From assembly GCA_002269645.1 (NCBI GenBank), contig NIVC01000127.1, positions 372,001-436,000 on the forward strand: a stretch of 64,000 bases of DNA, read 5' to 3'. Positions 53,997 through 64,000 of this stretch are shown piece after piece. This stretch comes from Macrostomum lignano. Lineage: Eukaryota. Numbering within the stretch: position 1 is the stretch's first letter; every line of letters starts with the position of its first letter. The notes beneath the pieces were generated by a model, which worked only from the letters and a program-made list of their open reading frames with translations, had not been told where the DNA came from and searched no databases. Position numbers and translations under genes: made by a program.

Positions 53997-56900
53997 TCAC
54001 TGCTTGGACTTGACATCCATGACAACTCGAATGCCCTGGCCGGCCAGTTCTGAGCACAGGTAGCGCCACACGTGACCGACTCGCACCGTGACGATGCCAG
54101 GACTTCCAGCGCCGTCTCGCTGCTGCTGCTCCCGGCTGCTGCTCTCGTCGCAGGCGCTGCACACCCAGCCTTCGTCGTCGGCGCCGGCCTCAGCGGTGGC
54201 AGCGGCGAACATCGGGGCCAACAGGCTGCCGCAGGCGGAGCAGACGCGAACGAAAGCGCCGTCAGAACAGTCGACAAGCCTGTCCTGGATGACGTAGGCG
54301 GCGCCGTGCGAGATTAGCGAGTCGCGTTCCATCTCGCCTAGTCGAACGCCGCCGCCAATTTTGCGACCTTTGGCCGGCTGGCGGAATGTGTTGTCTATTG
54401 GGCCGGTTGATCGCACCTGGAGTTCCGGTTCGCTTGGATTCTTAGAATTCTTGGAAGCTACAGGTATAAAACGGACAGGTGAAAGGGAGAAGATAGGGCT
54501 TCTAATGACAAGTGGGAAAGAGGCTCTTGAGAGCAGAGAATTCAACGGCAAAGGGGTCATTTATAAGGGGCAAGCAAAGGGGTCATTTAACGACACGAGA
54601 AGGGGGTCATTTAAGGACAAACAAAGGGGGTCATTTAGGGACAAGAATAGGGCGTCATTAAAGGACACGAAAAGGGGTTTATTTAAGGACAAGCAAAGGG
54701 GTTCATTCAGGGACACGAAAGGGGGTCATTTAAGGATGAACAAAGGGGTTTATTCAGCGAAACGAAAAGGGGTCATTTAAGGACAAACAAAGTGGGTCGT
54801 TTAAGGACATGAAAAGGGGTTCATGAAAGAACAAGCAAAGGGGTCATTCAAGGACAAACAGGGGGATCATTTAAGGACACGAAGAAAGGGGGGGCCGGGG
54901 TCATCTCGGTCATTTAAAGAATAGGGGGTCATTCAAGGACACGAAAAGGGATTCATTTAAGGTCAAGCAAAGGGGTCATTCAAGGACAAAATGACACAAA
55001 GGGATCATTTAAGGACACGTAAAGGGTCATTACCAACAGTTAAATGTTTCTACAGACGGGTGAAAATGAGATCACTCAAGGACAGATGAAGGTCAGTACA
55101 GACTGGGCCATACGCGGCCATATACGCAACAAAAGCCCCAAAAAGCAGCAAGCACCGCACTGCCGCAGTGAAAAAAGCAACTTGCCTGGAACTTGTCGGC
55201 AACCATGTGGCGCAGGCGCTGATAATAGACCATGCCGACAAAGATCTGCGCCTCCAGCAGGCGGCCAGTGAAGCCGCAGTACATCGGCTCCGTGCACCAT
55301 CTGTCGAAGCCGTGCCGCTGAAGCACGTCGGCGTAGTCTTCAAATAGCGGGGCGTCGATTTCGCCGTCGCGTTGAAAAGCCGTAGCGTCGACGCAGTCGC
55401 CAGACAGTGCGGCGGATTTGCCGGCGAGGAATTCCAGCATCATGCCGACAGTCATGCGGGAGGGGAACCCGTGCGGATTGAAGATGATGTCTGGCACAAT
55501 GCCAGTCGGAGTGAACGGCATGTCCTCGGCGGGCAGCAGCAGACTGTTGACACCTTTCTGGCCGTGCCGAGAGCTGAACTTGTCGCCAATGTCGGGCCTG
55601 CGAGGCAGACGGACGGTGAGGGTGGCCCGGTGCGGCTGACCGGCGGTGCTCACGCACTCCAGGTAGCCCGGGTCGCCTTTGTACCGGACTACCGTGTGGT
55701 GCCGGGTCTCGTCGCTGGGGGGGGGGGGTTGAGACGGCAGCATGGAGATTAAACACAGCAGCGAGATGGCGCTTGAGAGTGACATTTCCTGCATACATGA
55801 GCCGATAGGGAGTGACATTTCCCTGCATACATGAACCGATAGGGAGTGACATTTCCCTGCATACATGAGCGGATAGGGAGTGACATTTCCCTGCATACAT
55901 GAGCCGATAGGGAGTGACATTTCCCTGCATACATGAGCCGATAGGGAGTGACATTTCCTGCATACATGAGCCGATAGGGAATGACATTTCCCTGCATACA
56001 TGAGCGGATAGGGAGTGACATTTCCTGCATACATGAGCCGATAGGAAATGACATTTCCCTGCATACATGAGCCGATAGGGAGTGACATTTCCCTGCATAC
56101 ATGAACCGATAGGGAGTGACATTTCCCTGCATACATGAGCGGATAGGGAGTGACATTTCCCTGCATACATGAGCGGATAGGGAGTGACATTTCCCTGCAT
56201 ACATGAGCGGATAGGGAGTGACATTTCCCTGCATACATGAGCCGATAGGGAGTGACATTTCCCTGCATACATGAACCGATAGGGAGTGACATTTCCCTGC
56301 ATACATGAACCGATAGGGAGTGACATTTCCCTGCATACATGAGCGGATAGGGAGTGACATTTCCCTGCATACATGAGCGGATAGGGAGTGACATTTCCCT
56401 GCATACATGAGCGGATAGGGAGTGACATTTCCCTGCATACATGAGCCGATAGGGAGTGACATTCCCTGCATACATGAGCCGATAGGGAGTGACATTCCCT
56501 GCATACATGAGCCGATAGGGAGTGACATTTCCCTGCATACATGAGCCGATAGGGAGTGACATTTCCCTGCATACATGAGCCGATAGGGAGTGACATTTCC
56601 CTGCATACATGAGCCGATAGGGAATGACATTTCCCTGCATACATAAGCCGATAGGGAGTGACATTTGCCTGCAAACAACACGGGGCAGCAGTTCACCTGT
56701 AGTAGCAGTAGACGGGATCGCCGGGCTGCAGCGGTGTCCCAATCGGCGGGAAGCCGTCCGCCTCGATGCCCGAGGCCGCCGGCTCCGGGCCGAACACGCC
56801 GAATCGCAGCGGACAGGCCGGTGCTGCCGCGCCGCTGCTCGACTGCTGCTGTCGACGACCACCGCCACCGCTGCCACCGCCGCCGCCTTCAAGCTTGGTG

Positions 56901-59900
56901 AGGTCGATGACCTGCGACTTGTAGATGCAGGCGTCAGCTAAGCCGCGGTCGTAAGCCGCTTTGTTGATCACCATGGCGTCCTCCATGTCGTAGCTGCGAG
57001 TGGAGCGTTTGATGCACCGTTTTGGATTAATGTCTAATACAGCACAGCTGCGGTGCCACTAATACAGCACAGCTGTGGTGCCACTAATACAGCACAGCTG
57101 TGGTGCCACTAATACAGTACAGTTGTGGTGCCACTAATACAGCACAGCTGTGGTGCCACTAATACAGCACAGCTGCGGTGCCACTAATACAGTACAGCTG
57201 TGGTGCCACTAATACAGCACAGCTGTGGTGCCACTAATACAGCACAGCTGCGGTGCCACTAATACAGCACAGCTGTGGTGCCACTAATACAGTACAGTTG
57301 TGGTGCCACTAATACAGCACAGCTGTGGTGCCACTAATACAGCACAGCTGTGGTGCCACTAATACAGTACAGTTGTGGTGCCACTAATACAGCACAGCTG
57401 TGGTGCCACTAATACAGCACAGCTGCGGTGCCACTAATACAGTACAGCTGTGGTGCCACTAATACAGCACAGCTGTGGTGCCACTAATACAGCACAGCTG
57501 CGGTGCCACTAATACAGCACAGCTGCGGTGCCACTAATACAGTACAGTTGTGGTGCCACTAATACAGCACAGCTGTGGTGCCACTAATACAGTACAGCTG
57601 TGGTGCCACTAATACAGTACAGCTGTGGTGCCACTAATACAGTACAGTTGTGGTGCCACTAATACAGTACAGCTGTGGTGCCACTAATACAGTACAGCTG
57701 TGGTGCCACTAATACAGTACAGCTGTGGTGCCACTAATACAGTACAGCTGTGGTGCCACTAATACAGTACAGCTGTGGTGCCACTAATACAGTACAGCTG
57801 TGGTGCCACTAATACAGTACAGCTGTGGTGCCACTAATACAGTACAGCTGTGGTGCCACTAATACAGTACAGCAGCACGGTACAGCAACAACAAAGGTTA
57901 AAAACAAAAAGAAGCGAGCCTCACCCAGTGTAAGAGACCACAGCCACAATGGCATTGAACCCGAGCGCATTGTCGCTCATGCCGTACTTATCAAAGGTAT
58001 TAGTTTTAACCATAGGCTTCTGCGGACACAGTAATCTGTACAGTTTATTGTCAGACCGATGCCTGTAGCTGTTATAACTGTGACCCATGGACTGCTTGCC
58101 CATCTGACACTGGTAGATATTTCTGGGACTCTGATTGAAATCAGGGAACGGGGTTAGGCCGGCAACGAAGCTAAATATAGCATTCTTATCGCACTCGCAA
58201 TGGGTCGAGTCTGGCTGCAACGATTTTTCATCAATTGCGATGCCCAGAAAGCACTGCTCGTAGGGCCCGATGTACTCTAAGCAGTTGCTGACCAGATTGC
58301 GGACCGGCCGGAGCAGCCGAGCCGAGTCGCTGAATAGGTAAAGGCCCGGATAGGGGCCAGCAGAGCCGGCGCCGCGCGGCGTTACCAAGGCAACCTCCAG
58401 GGTTCGGGGCACTAGGCGGGCTCGCCGCGAACCCGACGGTGGCGACGTCTGCAATGGTGAAGAAAGTCTTAGAGATGCCAGTGGGTTGGAAGCGTGGGAG
58501 TACGGAATGAAATAATCACGTGACTAATTTATAATTTCAGTGAAGTACTGTCTACAATCACGCGACTGAACTTGGCCTCGATTATCACGTGACTGAACTT
58601 GGCCTTGATAATCACGTGACTGAACTTGGCTTTGATAATCACGCGACTGAACTTGGCTTTGATAATCACGCGACTGAACTTGGCTTTGATAATCACGTGA
58701 CTGAACTTGGCTTTGATAATCACGCGACTGAACTTGGCTTTGATAATCACGCGACTGAACTTGGCTTTGATAATCACGTGACTGAACTTGGCTTTGATAA
58801 TCACGTGACTGAACTTGGCTTTGATAATCACGTGACTGAACTTGGCTTTGATAATCATGTGACTGAATTTGGCCTTGATAATCACGCGACTGAACTTGGC
58901 TTTGATAATCACGCGACTGAACTTGGCTTTGATAATCACGCGACTGAACTTGGCTTTGATAATCACGTGACTGAACTTGGCTTTGATAATCACGTGACTG
59001 AACTTGGCTTTGATAATCACGTGACTGAACTTGGCTTTGATAATCACGTGACTGAACTTGGCTTTGATAATCACGCGACTGAACTTGGCTTTGATAATCA
59101 CGCGACTGAACTTGGCTTTGATAATCACGTGACTGAACTTGGCTTTGATAATCACGTGACTGAACTTGGCTTTGATAATCACGTGACTGAATTTGGCCTT
59201 GATAACCACGTGACTGAACTTGGCCTTGATAATCACGCGACTGAACTTGGCTTTGATAATCACGTGACTGAAATTGGCCTTGATAATCTCGTGACTGAAC
59301 TGGATTATCCCGTGATTGAAGTTTGGCATAAAGGTAGTTGTGATTAACCATGCAAGGTAAAATTGGTGTCGCAAGAAAATCGCTATTAACAGCCGGTTCA
59401 CCTTTTGCAGCCGCAGCCAGTTGGCCAGCCCGACAGCCAGCCGGGGCGGCACCAGGCCGCACAGCACGCCGTCCAGTAGCACAGGCAAGCAGGTCTGCAG
59501 GTCCTGACTGAGCGCGGATGCTTCATTTAACGGCACCAGGCCGCGCAGGCACATCTCGGCGGTCAGGCTGGCCCGATCCGGTCGCTCCGGCGAGCTGACT
59601 ACCAAGCAGGCGGCGGTGAGATGATTCAACAAGCCGCAAGGTGTACCGTCTGGCGTGTGCACCGGACAGATGAAGCCCCAGGTCTCCGGTAGCAGGCGCC
59701 TAACCGCGGTAGTTCGCATCTCGGTGAAAAAAGCGCCCCGATGTACGGCGCGAAAATGGGCGGCAAATCTTAGCCGATTGATATTGTCGCCGGGCACCAC
59801 CAGACCGGTGTTCTGCAGCAGCAGCAGGCTCTGGCTGTTCAAATTGCCTGTGGCCATGAAATTCTCCATCGCGGCCGTGATGTCGTGCGAACACAGGCCT

Positions 59901-60789
59901 ACTGCCGTTTTTATTGCGTCGCTTATGGCTGCCTGGTTGCCGGCTTGGGCCTTGGCCAGCTTCTTCTCCATCAGGCGCTGCAAGGTCAGCAGCCATCTGT
60001 AGAGAATGTCGCGGAGCACCTGCGACGGAGCGGAGGTAGGGAGGCAATGCAAGAGCTTAAGCTCTGACTCTGCGATGAGATATTATGCTCGTGAAGTGAA
60101 TCTATATGAAATCTCATTCTCGGTTTGCAACTAGGAGCGTATATAAGATAAAATCTAACCGTGAGATTTCTATTCTAAAAATCTCACTATGAGATTTTGA
60201 CCCTAGCATGCGATCTCACCAAAAGATAACGACCCTAGAATGAGATCTCACCATGAGATTACGACCCTAGAATGAGATCTCACCATGAGATTACGACCCT
60301 AAAATGAGATCTCACCATGAGATTACGACCCTAGAATGAGATCTAATCATGGGATTACGACCCTCGAATGAGATCTAACCATAATACTCCGATCCTAGTA
60401 TGAGATTTGATCATGAGATTACGACTCTAGAATGAGATATAGATTGCATCACTAGGTGTAAGCATTGTCCCTCTCCAGCCGCACACCTGCAGATAGAGAT
60501 GACCGGGCAGCAGCAGCTCCTGGAACATCAGGCTATCGTTGGATTCAACGGCGCACAGGCCACGTACGCTGGCGTGCAGTTTGCGCAGCATCAGGCAGAG
60601 CAGGTAGAACTTGTCAGCATCCGATTCGCAGTGGGTGAGCACGGAGCGCTGCATCAGATGGCGGCCAAGGTCCAAGTCGCTGGCGTCGGCCGGTACGCGC
60701 AGCTTTTGCCTGGCAACCGGGCGACGGGGAATAAATGTACAGAGAGCTACAGGTGCGGCGTCAGTTGCTGATTGACTAACTAACTAGCC

Positions 60790-60854
<65 letters not shown>

Positions 60855-60921
60855 GCTAACTAACAAACTAACAAACTAACAAACTAACGAACGAACGAAC
60901 GAACTAACTAACTAACTAGCC

Positions 60922-60974
<53 letters not shown>

Positions 60975-60977
60975 GCC

Positions 60978-61032
<55 letters not shown>

Positions 61033-61061
61033 AAACTAACTAACTGACTAACTAACTAGCC

Positions 61062-61094
<33 letters not shown>

Positions 61095-61169
61095 GCTAAC
61101 TAACAAACTAACAAACTAACGAACGAACGAACGAACGAACGAACTAACTAACTAACTAACTAACTAGCC

Positions 61170-61258
<89 letters not shown>

Positions 61259-61261
61259 GCC

Positions 61262-61334
<73 letters not shown>

Positions 61335-64000
61335 GCCAACTAACTAACTAACTAACTAACTAACGAACGAACGAGCTAACTAACTAACTACCGAACTAAC
61401 TAACGAACTAACTAACTAACTAGTGAAATAACTAACAAACTAAGTCAAGACTGTTTCTCACCTGAAAGAGTGACCAATATACTTCAACACAGACTGGCGC
61501 GTCTTGAACTGGTCGGAAGACTGCAGATACAGCAGTGCCTGCTTGGCCATGAATAATAGTGACGGGTCACCGCTGCCGCTGCCAATGCCCGTGTGGCTCA
61601 GCACAATGGCCTGGTACATCTCGGCTGGCGAGCCATCGAACAGGGCCCGCAGCAGAAGCCCAACTGGGGCGTAGAACTGCTCCTTCTCGTAGGTGAAAGC
61701 CATCACCGGGTCCGAGCCGTTGCGCCAGTGTAAAATGTTTACGCTGGCGGTCTGATGGCGTTTTTCAATCATAATAATTATTTTTACTGTTTTAATGGGA
61801 TTTAGGATGACGGAGAGAGGGGTCAAGGAGGTGGGGTTGGAGGGACAAGAATGGAAACAACCGAGAGTGAATGAGCGATTGGGAAGCCAATTAAGCGATG
61901 GGATCAATGAGGACATTGGATCATTCAGGTGATGGGATCAATGAGGACATTGGATCATTCAGCTGATGGGATCAATGAGGACATTGGATCATTCAGCTGA
62001 TGGGATCAATGAGGACATTGGATCATTCAGGTGATGGGATCAATGAGGACAATAGATCATTCAGGTGATGGGATCAATGAGGACATTGGATCATTCAGGT
62101 GATGGGATCAATGAGGACATTGGATCATTCAGGTGATGGGATCAATAAGGACAATGGATCATTCAGCTGATGGGATCAATGAGGAAATTGGATCATTCAG
62201 CTGATGGGATCAATGAGGACATTGGATCATTCAGCTGATGGGATCAATGAGGACATTGGATCATTCAGCTGATGGATCAATGAGGACATTGGATCATTCA
62301 GCTGATGGGATCAATGAGGACATTGGATCATTCAGCTAATGGGATCAATGAGGAAAATGGATCATTCAGCTGATGGATCAATGAGGACATTGGATCATTC
62401 AGGTGATGGGATCAATGAGGACATTGGATCATTCAGCTGATGGGATCAATGAGGACAATGGATCATTCAGCTGATGGGATCAATGAGGACAATGGATCAT
62501 TCAGGTGATGGGATCAATGAGAACAATGGATCATTCAGCTGATGGGATCAATGAGGACATTGGATCATTCAGCTGATGGGATCAATGAGGACATTGGATC
62601 ATTCAGGTGATGGGATCAATGAGGACAATGGATCATTCAGCTGATGGGATTAATGAGGACAATGGATCATTCAGCTGATGGGATTAATGAGGACAATGGA
62701 TCATTCAGCTGATGGGATTAATGAGGACAATGGATCATTCAGCTGATGGGATCAATGAGGACATTGGATCATTCAGGTGATGGGATCAATGAGGACATTA
62801 GATCATTCAGCTGATGGGATCAATGAGGACATTGGATCATTCAGCTGATGGGATCAATGAGGACATTGGATCATTCAGGTGATGGGATCAATGAGGAAAT
62901 GGGATCATTCAGGTGATGGGATCAATGAGGAAATGGGATCAATGAGGAAATGGGATCATTCAGCTGATGGGATCAATGAGGACATTGGATCATTCAGGTG
63001 ATGGGATCAATGAGGACATTGGATCATTCAGCTGATGGGATCAATGAGGACATTGGATCATTCAGCTGATGGGATCAATGAGGACATTGGATCATTCAGG
63101 TGATGGGATCAATGAGGACATTGGATCATTTAGGTGATGGGATCAATGAGGAAATGGGATCAATGAGGAAATGGGATCATTCAGGTGATGGGATCAATGA
63201 GGAAATGGGATCATTCAGGTGATGGGATCAATGAGGACATTGGATCATTCAGCTGATGGATCAATGAGGACATTGGATCATTCAGGTGATGGGATCAATG
63301 AGGAAATGGGATCATTCAGGTGATGGGATCAATGAGGAAATGGGATCAATGAGGAAATGGGATCATTCAGGTGATGGGATCAATGAGGAAATTGGATCAT
63401 TCAGGTGATGGGATCAATGAGGAAATGGGATCATTCAGCTGATGGGATCAATGAGGACATTGGATCATTCAGGTGATGGGATCAATGAGGAAATTGGATC
63501 ATTTAGGTGATGGGATCAATGAGGAAATGGGATCAATGAGGAAATGGGATCATTCAGGTGATGGGATCAATGAGGAAATGGGATCATTCAGGTGATGGGA
63601 TCAATGAGGACATTGGATCATTCAGCTGATGGGATCAACGGACATTGGATCATTCAGCTGTTGGGATCAACGTGGACATTGGATCATTCAGCTGATGGGA
63701 TCAACGTGGACATTGGATCGTTCAGTTGGATAAAAAATGAAGAGACATATCAAGATTCCAGATCAGGTCAGGATAATCCCCCAGCTTCACCTCGTCGTCG
63801 GTAACGCAGCGCACAATGACGGCCTTGTCGGAGAACCATTTTCCTTTCTTAACAAAGGAAGGCCGACACACGGATATGGGATAATTCCTCCTGGGCATAA
63901 TTAGCATTCGGATAATCCGCTCGTTGCCATTGACAATAAAATAACCGCCTGCCTCGTTGTGCTCCTCGTGAGCCGCGACCAGCTCGGCCCCAGATTTGCC
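53997..64000 (-). CDS. POLR1B: RNA polymerase I second-largest subunit (RPA2/RPA135), 5'-truncated by the window. Exons >64000-63791, 61751-61462, 60709-60487, 60019-59402, 58448-57925, 56993-56697, 55714-55186, 54416-53997.
   Basis: [119 protein letters not shown]; Pol I-type signatures. Confidence 0.95.
54550..55030. repeat. Degenerate intronic minisatellite, ~22-bp unit aaggggtcatttaaggacaaac
   Basis: Fills the GC-AG intron of POLR1B. Confidence 0.85.
55778..56667. repeat. Intronic minisatellite, 34-bp unit tgacatttccctgcatacatgagccgatagggag
   Basis: About 26 copies. Confidence 0.95.
57035..57875. repeat. Intronic minisatellite, 25-bp unit aatacagcacagctgtggtgccact
   Basis: About 33 copies. 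Confidence 0.95.
58545..59320. repeat. Intronic minisatellite, 27-bp unit tgataatcacgtgactgaacttggctt
   Basis: About 28 copies; unit length divisible by 3, giving the QSRDYQSQV-type repeat ORFs. Confidence 0.95.
60190..60440. repeat. Intronic minisatellite, 32-bp unit gagattacgaccctagaatgagatctcaccat
   Basis: About 7 copies. Confidence 0.85.
60775..61430. repeat. (TAAC)n microsatellite filling a POLR1B intron
   Basis: Tetranucleotide repeat with TAGC/GAAC variants. Confidence 0.95.
61900..63720. repeat. Intronic minisatellite, 34-bp unit gatgggatcaatgaggacattggatcattcagct
   Basis: About 50 copies. Confidence 0.95.

Noticed and set aside
55340-59462. ORFs [27 protein letters not shown] and IIKAKFSH
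   Set aside because: Minisatellite read-through within POLR1B introns; only the flanking exon portions are coding.

Overview
Eukaryotic genomic DNA. GC-rich exons and minisatellite-filled introns suggest a flatworm such as Macrostomum (inference only). All recognised host genes lie on the minus strand: an intronless ARHGAP11-like RhoGAP; two tandem paralogous genes of an uncharacterised C14orf93/DUF4616-like family (gene A 11267-23126, gene B 25081-34475); tRNA-Ser(GCT); a TREK-like K2P channel; DCAF8; and the 3' part of POLR1B (RNA polymerase I second subunit). Mobile DNA includes a nearly intact 5.4-kb APE-RT-RNaseH LINE with a 12-bp TSD, a foldback-type element, three TIR MITEs and a tRNA-derived SINE. 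Main finding, invisible in the ORF track: gene A holds a Dscam-like array of 14 homologous exons (13 of 77 nt, 1 of 71 nt), all phase 1 in and phase 0 out, so only one can be used per mRNA. An upstream intronic docking site (19575-19598) is complementary to selector motifs about 60-105 nt upstream of most of these exons. Gene B has a 3-exon cluster at the equivalent position. All gene models were read by hand and have no transcript support.
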